Origin: Halonatronomonas betaini | GTDB lineage: Bacteria; Bacillota; Halanaerobiia; Halanaerobiales; Halarsenatibacteraceae | Assembly (NCBI RefSeq): GCF_015666175.1 | Contig: NZ_JADPIE010000001.1 | Span: 105,741 to 129,740 of the forward strand | Direction: 5' to 3' | Length of the DNA: 24,000 nucleotides | In this document: positions 15,564-24,000 of the stretch, piece after piece | How positions within the stretch are numbered: position 1 is the first letter of the stretch | How the letters are laid out: each line of letters begins with the position of its first letter | Position numbers and translations under genes: made by a program | The notes under the pieces: generated by a model | Seen by the model: only the letters and a program-made list of their open reading frames with translations | What the model was told of the DNA's origin: nothing | Database searches by the model: none

Positions 15564-15592
15564 TTGAAATTTTTATATTATTCTGCTATATT
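15564..15592 (+). promoter_or_regulatory. Candidate sigma-A promoter of the GntR/HutC regulator gene
   Basis: TTGAAA (15564-15569), 17-nt spacer, then TATATT (15587-15592). It lies about 65 nt upstream of ATG 15658. Confidence 0.5.
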
Positions 15593-15657
15593 AAAAACAC
15601 AGACAATTTTCAAACAATTAATTATCTTATAAATAACTACGAAAATGAGGTTTTAAT

Positions 15658-16413
15658 ATGGACTTGATTGATAATAAATTAGATAAGGATACACCTGTAC
15701 CGTTATATTATCAATTAAAGAATATTATTAAGGAACAGATTGAAAAAGGTTATTTAAAACCAGGAGATACTGTTCCTCCTGAAAGAATTTTAGCTGAGAG
15801 TTATGATGTAAGTAGGCCTACTATTAGAAAAGCATTATCTGAACTTGTTAATGAGGGGCTTTTAAATCGAGAAAAAGGTAAAGGGACATTTGTGTCTGAG
15901 CCTAAATTTGAATTTAGCTTTGTTCAAAAATTAATGACTTTTTATGATGATATGGTAACTAAAGGATTTAAGCCTAAAACTAATGTAATTACTAAAGAAT
16001 TAAAGGAAGCTGATAGGGATTTAGCTGAAAAACTATCTATTTCAGTAGGGGATAAATACATTTATATTAAAAGGGTAAGAAGTATAAAAGGTGAACCGAT
16101 TGTAATTGTTGAAAATCATATTCCATATCATTTATGTGAAGATATAATTAGCATTAATTTAAGTGATAAGTCCTTATATAATTCTATGTATGAAAAATGT
16201 GGTTTAGAGAATTATCGTGCAGAAATGTCTATTGCACCAGCATTAGCTAATCATTATGATTCAAAGCTGTTAGAAATAGATGCTGGCTCTCCCATTCATC
16301 ACATTAAAACAATCTCTTATACAAAAGATAATATACCAATGGACTACTTTGAATCCAGATTTCGTGGTGATAGAGGCGAGATAAAGGTAAACTTATGTGA
16401 TAATGGAATATAA
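15658..16413 (+). CDS. GntR-family transcriptional regulator, HutC subfamily (wHTH + UTRA effector domain)
   Basis: 251 aa. PLYYQLKNIIKEQIEKGYLKPGDTVPPERILAESYDVSRPTIRKALSELVNEGLLNREKGKGTFV is a canonical GntR wHTH. The C-terminal half is UTRA-like. Confidence 0.9.
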   Translation: MDLIDNKLDKDTPVPLYYQLKNIIKEQIEKGYLKPGDTVPPERILAESYDVSRPTIRKALSELVNEGLLNREKGKGTFVSEPKFEFSFVQKLMTFYDDMVTKGFKPKTNVITKELKEADRDLAEKLSISVGDKYIYIKRVRSIKGEPIVIVENHIPYHLCEDIISINLSDKSLYNSMYEKCGLENYRAEMSIAPALANHYDSKLLEIDAGSPIHHIKTISYTKDNIPMDYFESRFRGDRGEIKVNLCDNGI

Positions 16414-16492
16414 TAAAATAAAAACAAATTTTTTTACCAATTAGCAAAAACATCGTTTCACAATACAAAACATAATCAAGGAGGCCAATAAT

Positions 16493-17140
16493 TTGACAAA
16501 ACAAGAGGTTATTTCAGGTTTGGAAGATTCTGGAGTTGTTGCCGTTATTAGGGCTGATAAGATTGAGACAGCAGAACAAATTGTTGAAGCAATAGTGGAA
16601 GGTGGAATAACAGCTATTGAAGTGACAATGACTGTTCCAAATGCCTTTGATTTAATTAAAAAGCTAAGCAAAAAGTATCAGGGATCAGATGTATTAGTTG
16701 GTGCTGGATCTGTTACAGATGCTGTATCTGCTAAAAATTCAATTGATGCAGGTGCAAAATATATTGTAGGCCCTACATTTGATCAGGATGTTGTTAACAT
16801 ATGTAATGAGTTTCAGGTTCCGGTGATACCAGGTGCCATGTCACCGACTGAGGTTGTAAATGCAATGAAGGCAGGTGCTGATATTGTAAAAATTTTCCCT
16901 GCAACTTTATTTGGACCTAAAATTATTAAGGCTATAAAAGGACCTATTCCTCATGCACCATTACTACCAACAGGTGGAGTTAACCTTGACAATGTTCAGG
17001 ACTGGTTTGAAGCTGGAGCATGTGCAGTCGGGGTTGGGAGTGCCTTGAGTAAAGGTTGGAAAGAAGGAAAGTTTGATCAAATTACAGAGCAGGCAAAACA
17101 ATTCAAAGAAAAAGTAGCATTAATCAAAAAAGAATTATAG
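16493..17140 (+). CDS. eda: 2-dehydro-3-deoxyphosphogluconate (KDPG) / 4-hydroxy-2-oxoglutarate aldolase
   Basis: 215 aa. VVAVIRA...GGITAIEVT...VGAGSV...IVKIFPA...PTGGV pattern of class I KDPG aldolases. TTG start 8 nt after AAGGAGG. Confidence 0.9.
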   Translation: MTKQEVISGLEDSGVVAVIRADKIETAEQIVEAIVEGGITAIEVTMTVPNAFDLIKKLSKKYQGSDVLVGAGSVTDAVSAKNSIDAGAKYIVGPTFDQDVVNICNEFQVPVIPGAMSPTEVVNAMKAGADIVKIFPATLFGPKIIKAIKGPIPHAPLLPTGGVNLDNVQDWFEAGACAVGVGSALSKGWKEGKFDQITEQAKQFKEKVALIKKEL

Positions 17141-17156
17141 AAATGGAGGTATTATT

Positions 17157-18182
17157 TTGAATACTGCAAAAGTTATAACCTTTGGAGAGATAATGCTAAG
17201 ACTTACTCCACCAGAAAATAAAAGATTTATTCAAGCTGATAATTTTAACATAATTTATGGTGGAGGTGAAGCAAATGTTGCTGTATCACTTGCTAATTAT
17301 GGTTTAGATGCTTCATTTGTAACACGACTTCCTGATAACCCAATAGGAGATTCTGCTTTAAATGAATTAAGAAGGTATGGAGTTAACACTGAGTTTATTA
17401 AAAGAGGTGGAGATAGACTGGGGATATATTTCTGTGAAAACGGGGCCAGTCAAAGACCATCAAATGTTATTTATGATAGAGCCCATTCTGCCATAGCAGA
17501 AACTAAACCAGGTGAGTTTAATTGGGGAAAAATTTTTAATGGTGCAGATTGGTATCATGTAACTGGTATAACTCCAGCGTTAAGTGATAATATGGCTGAA
17601 GTTACAATTGAATCAGTAAAAGAGGCTAAAAAACAGGGCTTAAAGGTAAGTTGTGATTTGAATTATCGAGCTAAATTATGGAGTAGAGACAAAGCCGAAA
17701 AAGTTATGGCAGAAGTAATGGAATATGTTGATGTTTGTATTGCAAATGAAGAAGATGCTGAAATGATTTTTAAAATAAAAAGTGGCTCAGATATTGATAG
17801 TGGTGAGCTTAATATAGATGGTTATAGGGAGGTTGCTGATCAGTTAATGGAGAGGTTTGATCTTGAATTAGTTGGAAGCCATTTAAGAAAAAGTTATAAT
17901 GCTTCAGTTAATGGTTGGTTGGTTGTTCTCTATGATGGCAATGAATTTGTTCAATCTGAAGAGTATGAAGTTCATATTGTTGACAGAGTCGGTGGCGGAG
18001 ACTCCTTTGCAGGGGGTTTAATATATTCCAGGTTAACAGGCAAGTCTTTACAAGAATCTGCTGAATTTGGAGCAGCAGCTTCAAGTTTAAAGCAATCAAT
18101 ACCTGGAGATTTTAACCATATGAGCCTGGAAGAGGTTGAAAGCCTTGCTAAAGGTTCAGGTTCCGGGAGAGTTAAGAGATAA
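17157..18182 (+). CDS. kdgK: 2-dehydro-3-deoxygluconokinase (PfkB family)
   Basis: 341 aa. VITFGEIMLRLTPP...GGGEANVA...RPSNVIYDRAHSA...DRVGGGDSFAGGLIY closely follows characterised KdgK proteins. TTG start follows the GGAGG SD. Confidence 0.9.
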   Translation: MNTAKVITFGEIMLRLTPPENKRFIQADNFNIIYGGGEANVAVSLANYGLDASFVTRLPDNPIGDSALNELRRYGVNTEFIKRGGDRLGIYFCENGASQRPSNVIYDRAHSAIAETKPGEFNWGKIFNGADWYHVTGITPALSDNMAEVTIESVKEAKKQGLKVSCDLNYRAKLWSRDKAEKVMAEVMEYVDVCIANEEDAEMIFKIKSGSDIDSGELNIDGYREVADQLMERFDLELVGSHLRKSYNASVNGWLVVLYDGNEFVQSEEYEVHIVDRVGGGDSFAGGLIYSRLTGKSLQESAEFGAAASSLKQSIPGDFNHMSLEEVESLAKGSGSGRVKR

Positions 18183-18309
18183 GATTAATTAAACTGAATA
18201 TTATAAGGAGGTGATAACTAAAGAAGTGCAATGACACAATTTTTATCATTTGTCGGCTTAGGAATTTGACTTAAAAACCAAAATAAACTCAAAAAAGGGG
18301 AGTTTACTA

Positions 18310-19344
18310 ATGACAAAACTTACAAAAAGTATGATGATTATTGCATTAACATTTGTTTTAGCTTTTTCCTTTACAACTGTTTTTGAAATGGAAGCAATGG
18401 CAGAAGACGAGTATCATATTTCAGTAATAGTTAAAGCTACAGATTCAGATTTCTGGCAGCAAATGATGACAGGTGCAGAAGTTGCAGAACAGGTTAACGA
18501 AAATGTAACTATTGACTTATTAGGACCACCATCTGAAGCTGATATTGCTCAGCAGGTTGCTATAGTTGAAGATGCAGTTGTTGGTCAACCAGATGCAATT
18601 GTTTTAGCTTCAACAAGTTCTGATGCAACGGTAGGAGCAGTTGAAATGGCATATGAACAAGGAATTAAAGTTGTGCTGGTTGATAACTTAATTGAAACAG
18701 ATATGTATCACACATTTATGGCAACAGATAATATTGAAGGTGGTGCAATAGCAGCAGAAGAATTCTCCAGGTTAGCAGAAGAGGAATATGATATTGACTT
18801 AAATGAAAAAGTTGTCGGTCATATTAATGCGATGGCTGGAGTTCAGGTATTAATAGATAGAAGTGATGGTTTTATTGATCGTATAACTGAATTGAATCCT
18901 GATGTAGAAATGCTAGATCCTAGATATGTTGATAATAGAATTCCTGATGCAATGTCAGCAGCAGAAGATATTATATTGGGAGAAGGAGATAATCTTGGTG
19001 GTTTTTGGGCTAATAACAATCATACTGGTGTAGGAGTTGCTCAGGCAATTGCAGATGCTGATGCAGGAGATCAATTCCCGGCTATTTCATTTGACGCTGA
19101 TCCACAACAGATTGATGCCATAAGAGATGGCTACCTTGATGCTACTATTGTTCAGGATCCATTTGCCATGGGCTTTGATGGTGTTATGAATGCAATTAAA
19201 GCTATTGAAGGTGAAGAACTACCTGACTTTATCGATACAGGTGCTACACTTGTAACTCAAGATAATCTAGATGATGATGAAATTCAGCAATTAATTGATA
19301 CAGACTTAAGATCCGAAGCTATCTTAGAAGAATATGGTATGTAA
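18310..19344 (+). CDS. rbsB: CUT2 (ribose-type) monosaccharide ABC transporter substrate-binding protein
   Basis: 344 aa. Signal peptide without a lipobox Cys (…FEMEAMA|ED). Periplasmic-binding-protein type I fold pattern (ISVIVKATDSDFWQQ…). Very acidic. The symbol is assigned from operon context, so the substrate is not certain. Confidence 0.8.
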   Translation: MTKLTKSMMIIALTFVLAFSFTTVFEMEAMAEDEYHISVIVKATDSDFWQQMMTGAEVAEQVNENVTIDLLGPPSEADIAQQVAIVEDAVVGQPDAIVLASTSSDATVGAVEMAYEQGIKVVLVDNLIETDMYHTFMATDNIEGGAIAAEEFSRLAEEEYDIDLNEKVVGHINAMAGVQVLIDRSDGFIDRITELNPDVEMLDPRYVDNRIPDAMSAAEDIILGEGDNLGGFWANNNHTGVGVAQAIADADAGDQFPAISFDADPQQIDAIRDGYLDATIVQDPFAMGFDGVMNAIKAIEGEELPDFIDTGATLVTQDNLDDDEIQQLIDTDLRSEAILEEYGM

Positions 19345-19373
19345 AATATATCATTAATGAGTTAAATTAAAAT

Positions 19374-19407
19374 AATTCACCCTCTGCTTTAAAGTAGAGG
19401 GTGAATT
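19374..19407 (+). terminator. Strong hairpin after the binding-protein gene (intra-operon attenuator / partial terminator)
   Basis: 12-bp perfect stem aattcaccctct / agagggtgaatt around a 10-nt loop. Only a weak T-rich tail follows. The next gene starts 34 nt downstream. Confidence 0.55.
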
Positions 19408-19440
19408 ATTAAATATACTTCTTATTTAGGAGGTAACATT

Positions 19441-20931
19441 GTGGGAAATAATGACTTAATAATAGAAACTAAAAATATAAGGAAGACATTTCCTGGAGTT
19501 ACGGCTCTTGATAATGTCAATTTTAAATTAAAAAAAGGAGAGATACATGCTTTAATTGGTGAAAATGGGGCTGGAAAGTCTACATTCATTAAAATATTAA
19601 TGGGCGTTCATAAGATGGATAAAGGAGATATATTTTTTGAGGGAGATAAAGTAAATATTAAAAACCCCCTTGAAGCTGATAAAATAGGTCTTGCGGCTGT
19701 TTATCAGCATATGATAACAGCTCCATTATTAACAGTTGCTGAAAATATATTTCTTGGCAGACAACCTAAAAAAAATGGGTTGATCGATTGGAAAAAAATG
19801 AATCAAGATGCAAAAGAAATACTAGAAGATTTAAATATGGATATAAATCCAAAAGTAAGACTAAATAAGCTAAGTAATGTTCAAAGAAGGATGGTAGTAA
19901 TAGCTAAGGCAATCTCAAAAGACGCAAAAGTAATTATATTTGATGAACCGACAGCTCAGTTAGCTGAAGAAGAAACAGAGGAGTTACATGATAAAATTAA
20001 AATGCTAAAGGAAAAAGGAATCAGTATTATTTATATTTCTCATCACTTAGAAGAGGTTTTTGAAATATGTGATAGAGTTTCAGTGTTAAGAGATGGAGAG
20101 CATGTAGGAACAGAAAAAGTTGATGATATCACAGAAGATGATTTAATTGCAATGATGGTAGGTCGTGATGTTGGGGAACTTTATTATAAAGAAGATATTA
20201 AAAAAGGAAAAGAATTATTAAGGGTTGAAAACTTAGAGAGGGATTCAGAATTAAGTGATGTCTCATTTTCATTGCATGAAGGAGAAGTTTTAGGAGTTTA
20301 TGGTTTATTAGGAGCAGGCCGGACTGAATTAGTAAGAAGCTTATTTGGGGCCGAACCAATCACTGGTGGTAAAATAATTATTGAAGGTGAAGAAGTAAAA
20401 ATCGATAATCCAAGCCAGGCTATTAATAATAATATCGGATTATTGCCTGAGGATAGGCATGAAGAAGGTGTAGCTCTTTTACAGTCGGTAAATGATAATT
20501 GTAATGTAGTTAGTTCAAAGTTTTCTGCAAGATATGGTGTTTTAAATAAAAAGGTTGAAAGAGAAACTACTAGAAAAAATATTGAAGACTTAAATATTAA
20601 GACCCCATCAATTAATCAGTTGGTTAAGAATCTTAGTGGAGGAAATCAGCAGAAAGTTGTTATAGCAAAATGGATTAATGCAAATTCTAATATTTTATTA
20701 TTTGATGAACCAACAGTCGGAATCGATGTTGGTGCAAAAAAAGAAATCTATGTTCTGATGTCAGAACTTTTAAAAGAAGGCAAAGGTATTATTTTTGTGT
20801 CTTCATATATACCTGAACTTATGGAGATCTGTGATAGAATTATGGTTTTATCAAGAGGTAAAATGACAGGCATAGTTGAAAAAGAAGATTTTGATCAGGA
20901 AGAACTTCTATATCTAGCTACTAGAGAATAA
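19441..20931 (+). CDS. rbsA: CUT2 sugar ABC transporter ATP-binding protein (tandem ABC domains)
   Basis: 496 aa. Walker A GENGAGKST, a second-domain GLLGAGRTEL, and signature LSGGNQQK. GTG start 6 nt after AGGAGG. Confidence 0.9.
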   Translation: MGNNDLIIETKNIRKTFPGVTALDNVNFKLKKGEIHALIGENGAGKSTFIKILMGVHKMDKGDIFFEGDKVNIKNPLEADKIGLAAVYQHMITAPLLTVAENIFLGRQPKKNGLIDWKKMNQDAKEILEDLNMDINPKVRLNKLSNVQRRMVVIAKAISKDAKVIIFDEPTAQLAEEETEELHDKIKMLKEKGISIIYISHHLEEVFEICDRVSVLRDGEHVGTEKVDDITEDDLIAMMVGRDVGELYYKEDIKKGKELLRVENLERDSELSDVSFSLHEGEVLGVYGLLGAGRTELVRSLFGAEPITGGKIIIEGEEVKIDNPSQAINNNIGLLPEDRHEEGVALLQSVNDNCNVVSSKFSARYGVLNKKVERETTRKNIEDLNIKTPSINQLVKNLSGGNQQKVVIAKWINANSNILLFDEPTVGIDVGAKKEIYVLMSELLKEGKGIIFVSSYIPELMEICDRIMVLSRGKMTGIVEKEDFDQEELLYLATRE

Positions 20932-20968
20932 TGTATATTTAATATAGAAAGGTAAGGTGTAAAATTAA

Positions 20969-21922
20969 ATGAATATAGAAAATGTTAAAGACTTTATTAG
21001 TAGGAATTCAACAGAGTTTACTTTAGTATTTGTTATTGCAGTTATATGGGGTGCGTTGGGGCTTGCTGTACCAGTATTTTTAAGTTATCCAAACTTTTTC
21101 AATCTGGCCAGACAGAGTGCTGTAATTGGTGTGGTTTCAATAGGTATGACGCTGGTAATGATTGCTGGTCATATTGATTTATCTGTAGGTTCATATGTAG
21201 CAGTAAGTGGAGTAACAATAAGCTTATTACTTACTGCCGGATATTCAATACCAGTGGCATTTCTATTAACTTTATTATTAATGGCAGGACTTGGTACTAT
21301 TGTTGCTGTGGCTGTCCATGAAGGAGGAGTGCCTTCTTTTATTGCTGGCCTTGGCATGATGAGCGCAGCTCGGGGATTTGCCTTACTTATTACTGGTGGA
21401 AGAATAATTTCAGGCTTGCCTATGGAGTTTACTGGTTTAGCCAGAACTGATGTTTTTGGGATTCCTGGTTTATTTTTAGTATTATTAGCTTTAATGTTCT
21501 TAGCAGACTTCGTTTTAAGAAAAACCAAATTTGGTAGAAATTTATATACTCTAGGAAGTGGCACTGAAGTTGCAAAATTATCAGGTGTTAGATTAAGAAT
21601 AAATACGTATGCAATATTTATTATAAATGCCTTAATTTCAGGTCTAGCTGGTATTATGCTTGCTGCAAGACTTTCGTCAGGTGTTCCATCTGCTGGCCAA
21701 ATGTATGAGTTAGACGCAATTGCTGCTGTAATCATTGGTGGTGCCAGTCTTTCAGGTGGAGCTGGTGGAGTATATGGTACTTTACTTGGTGCTTTATTAA
21801 TGGGAACACTTAGAAACGGTGGAAATTTACTTGGTTTAGATCCATTTTATATGCAGATTGCAACTGGTGTAGTTGTTGTAGTGGCTGTATTTGTTGATCA
21901 GCTTAGAAAACGAGGAGAATAA
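20969..21922 (+). CDS. rbsC: CUT2 sugar ABC transporter permease
   Basis: 317 aa, multi-TM, RbsC/BPD_transp_2 pattern (GHIDLSVGS…GRNLYTLGSG…AKLSGV). Confidence 0.9.
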   Translation: MNIENVKDFISRNSTEFTLVFVIAVIWGALGLAVPVFLSYPNFFNLARQSAVIGVVSIGMTLVMIAGHIDLSVGSYVAVSGVTISLLLTAGYSIPVAFLLTLLLMAGLGTIVAVAVHEGGVPSFIAGLGMMSAARGFALLITGGRIISGLPMEFTGLARTDVFGIPGLFLVLLALMFLADFVLRKTKFGRNLYTLGSGTEVAKLSGVRLRINTYAIFIINALISGLAGIMLAARLSSGVPSAGQMYELDAIAAVIIGGASLSGGAGGVYGTLLGALLMGTLRNGGNLLGLDPFYMQIATGVVVVVAVFVDQLRKRGE

Positions 21923-21938
21923 GTAGGAGGAATAATTA

Positions 21939-22346
21939 ATGAAAAAGAAAGGGATTTTTAATCATCCACTGGCAGAAATTGTAGCATCAATGGGACATAA
22001 AGATAGGCTAACTGTTACTGATTTAGGATTTCCAATTCCTAAAGATGCTAAAAAAGTTGATTTAGCTGTTAAAGAAAATTTGCCTGATATTAAAACAGTA
22101 CTTGATGTTATTTTATCTGAAATGCAGGTAGAAAAAGTTTTGCTTGCAGAAGAGATCAAAACTGAAAGCCCTGAATTACATGAGTATTATCTGGAATTAT
22201 TTAAAGGTGCTGAAATTGAATATATCCCACTCTGGTGGGAGATGTATGAAGAGACCGAGAAAGCTAAAGGTGTTGTCAGAACTGGAGATGTAACTCCATA
22301 TGCTAATTTAGTTTTAATATCAGGTGTAGATGGAATTTTCTATTAA
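21939..22346 (+). CDS. rbsD: D-ribose pyranase (RbsD/FucU mutarotase family)
   Basis: 135 aa. MKKKGIFNHPLAEIVASMGHKDRLTVTDLGFPIP is the RbsD N-terminal signature. Confidence 0.88.
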   Translation: MKKKGIFNHPLAEIVASMGHKDRLTVTDLGFPIPKDAKKVDLAVKENLPDIKTVLDVILSEMQVEKVLLAEEIKTESPELHEYYLELFKGAEIEYIPLWWEMYEETEKAKGVVRTGDVTPYANLVLISGVDGIFY

Positions 22347-22369
22347 ACCATTTAAGAGGATGTGTATTT

Positions 22370-23296
22370 ATGGATAACAGGATTGCTGTAATTGGAAGCA
22401 ACATGATGGACTTAATAACTTATATGGATAGATTGCCTGCTCCTGGAGAAACTTTGGAAACAGATAAATTTGATCTTGGTTTTGGTGGGAAAGGTGCTAA
22501 TCAGGCAACAGCTGCAGCCAGATTAGGAGCAAATGTTACCTTTGTATCCAGGGTTGGAGATGATTTATTTGGTCCTGAAGTTATTAATAATATGAAAGAG
22601 ATGGGTATAAATACTGACCATATAAAAACTTCTAAAAATACTTCTAGCGGTGTTGCTCCTATCTTTGTTGATAGGGATGGGGAAAATAGAATATTCATAA
22701 TTAAAGGTGCAAATCAAGACTTAAAACCAGAGGATATTGATGAAGCGGCGGAAACTTTAAAAAAATGTAATTTAATTATATTACAACTGGAAATTCCTCT
22801 TGAGACTGTTTATTATGCAATCGACTTTGGCAATAAAAATAATATAGAAGTTATCTTAAACCCTGCACCTGCCAATTCATTAGATTTTAAAATGGTTAAA
22901 AAGGTAGATATATTTGTTCCTAATGAGACCGAGCTAGCAGATATAAGTAATCAAAAAGTTAATGATCTTGAAGATGTTAAAAAGGCAATAAATAAGTTGC
23001 AATCTAAAGGCTTAAAAAATATAATTGTAACCCTGGGCTCAAAAGGTGCATTTGTAGCAACTGAGAAAGAACAATTACTGGTTGAGTCTATCGATATAAA
23101 TCCTCATGATACGACTGGAGCTGGGGATGCCTTTATAGGCAGCTTAGCTTACTATTATTTACAAAAGAGCTCTCTAGTGGAAGCTGTAAAATATGCAACT
23201 ATTTATGCTGGTCTTTCAACTTTAAAACCTGGAACACAGAAATCATATCTATCAGGAGATGATTTTGAGAATAGATTATCAAATTATTTAAGTTAA
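22370..23296 (+). CDS. rbsK: Ribokinase (PfkB family)
   Basis: 308 aa. GFGGKGANQA, NETE and TTGAGDAFIG motifs. Confidence 0.9.
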   Translation: MDNRIAVIGSNMMDLITYMDRLPAPGETLETDKFDLGFGGKGANQATAAARLGANVTFVSRVGDDLFGPEVINNMKEMGINTDHIKTSKNTSSGVAPIFVDRDGENRIFIIKGANQDLKPEDIDEAAETLKKCNLIILQLEIPLETVYYAIDFGNKNNIEVILNPAPANSLDFKMVKKVDIFVPNETELADISNQKVNDLEDVKKAINKLQSKGLKNIIVTLGSKGAFVATEKEQLLVESIDINPHDTTGAGDAFIGSLAYYYLQKSSLVEAVKYATIYAGLSTLKPGTQKSYLSGDDFENRLSNYLS

Positions 23297-23311
23297 TTGA
23301 GGTGTTAACCA

Positions 23312-24000
23312 ATGGGAAAATATATACTTGCCCATGATTTAGGTACAACAGGTAATAAAGCCACATTATATAATGCCGATGGAGATTTAGTTAATAGTCA
23401 GTTTTTTGGTTATGAAACCGATTATCCTAAAACCAATTGGGCTGAACAGAACCCAGAAGACTGGTGGGAAGCTGTTTGTAAGAGTACTAAAAAGCTTATA
23501 AAGGATAGTAAAATAGATAAAAGCTCTATTGGAGTAATTAGTTTTAGTGGTCAGATGATGGGAGCCTTACCTGTAAATGAAAAAGGTCAACCTTTAAGTA
23601 ATTCGATTATATGGGCTGATCAGCGTAGTACTAGTGAGGCTAATTTATTATCAAGTAAAGTTGGTAACGATCAGATTTATAATATTACTGGCCATAGAGT
23701 TAGTCCTGCTTATTCTGGTGAGAAGATATTATGGTTTAAAATGAATAAGCCTGAAATTTACTCAAATACTTATAAGTTTTTACAAGCTAAAGATTATATT
23801 ATTTATAAATTGACTGGAGAATTTGTTACTGATTATTCAGATGCTACTGGAACTAATATTTTTAATATTAATAAACTTGAATGGTCAGAAAAAATAATTG
23901 AGTCAGCAGAGATTGATATTAATAAGTTGCCAGATGCTTTACCATCAACTCATGTTGCAGGCACTGTAAATGCCAATGTCGCTGAAACAGTTGGTTTACA
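23312..24000 (+). CDS. FGGY-family carbohydrate kinase (xylulokinase-like), N-terminal part; 3' end lies outside the window
   Basis: Not in the ORF track because it runs off the window. ATG 23312 lies 7 nt after GAGGTG. MGKYILAHDLGTTGNKATLY…WAEQNPEDWW…IWADQRS are FGGY N-domain hallmarks. Confidence 0.85.
   Translation, partial: MGKYILAHDLGTTGNKATLYNADGDLVNSQFFGYETDYPKTNWAEQNPEDWWEAVCKSTKKLIKDSKIDKSSIGVISFSGQMMGALPVNEKGQPLSNSIIWADQRSTSEANLLSSKVGNDQIYNITGHRVSPAYSGEKILWFKMNKPEIYSNTYKFLQAKDYIIYKLTGEFVTDYSDATGTNIFNINKLEWSEKIIESAEIDINKLPDALPSTHVAGTVNANVAETVGL

Noticed and set aside
18205-18269. Strong orphan Shine-Dalgarno AAGGAGGTGATAAC (18205-18218) after kdgK, and a 12-codon ORF (ATG 18231, MTQFLSFVGLGI*).
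   Set aside because: The position where a start would fall is TAA. The ATG is about 19 nt from the SD, which is too far, and the GTG at 18226 gives only a 2-codon ORF. Possibly the relic of a lost gene start, but nothing functional can be supported.
1-24000. Search for CRISPR arrays, IS/transposon ends, integrases, toxin-antitoxin pairs or known anti-phage defence genes.
   Set aside because: None found. There are no spaced direct repeats, no terminal inverted repeats flanking gene blocks, and every sizeable ORF has a metabolic, transport, regulatory or membrane-lipid assignment.

Overview
All supported genes in this low-GC window lie on the + strand. No rRNA, tRNA, CRISPR array, transposase, integrase or phage gene was seen. 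The content suggests an anaerobic, probably halophilic, diderm Firmicute of the Halanaerobiales type. The evidence is a tungsten-type aldehyde:ferredoxin oxidoreductase, an Isf-like Fe-S flavoprotein, visibly very acidic binding proteins, and binding-protein signal peptides without a lipobox Cys. The taxonomic placement is inference only.

There are five blocks:
- (1) 2-577: the 3' end of an M20 amidohydrolase gene, followed by a terminator.
- (2) 673-7411: one operon bounded by a near-consensus promoter and an intrinsic terminator. It encodes an Fe-alcohol dehydrogenase, two CUT1 ABC permeases, a binding protein, a four-cluster polyferredoxin and the aldehyde:ferredoxin oxidoreductase. No ATPase gene is present.
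- (3) 7817-12759: seven tightly packed genes. They encode a TVP38/DedA membrane protein, a CDP-alcohol phosphatidyltransferase, a small tri-His-box hydroxylase, an Lpd/MerA-like disulfide reductase, an Isf-like Fe-S flavoprotein, an Rrf2 regulator and an AhpD/CMD-family protein.
- (4) 12883-15455: a membrane GGDEF cyclase followed by a membrane-anchored two-HKD phospholipase D/cardiolipin-synthase-like protein.
- (5) 15658-24000: a HutC/GntR-controlled sugar locus (eda, kdgK, a CUT2 ribose-type ABC transporter, rbsD, rbsK and the start of an FGGY kinase).

The most notable observation is in the AhpD/CMD-family gene. Its reading frame runs through an in-frame TGA located exactly at the second redox Cys of the NxCxYCxxxH motif. 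A SECIS-like hairpin follows the TGA. This is most likely a selenocysteine gene that the ORF track splits and truncates. Together with its lipid and redox neighbours it forms the best candidate for an uncharacterised system in this window.
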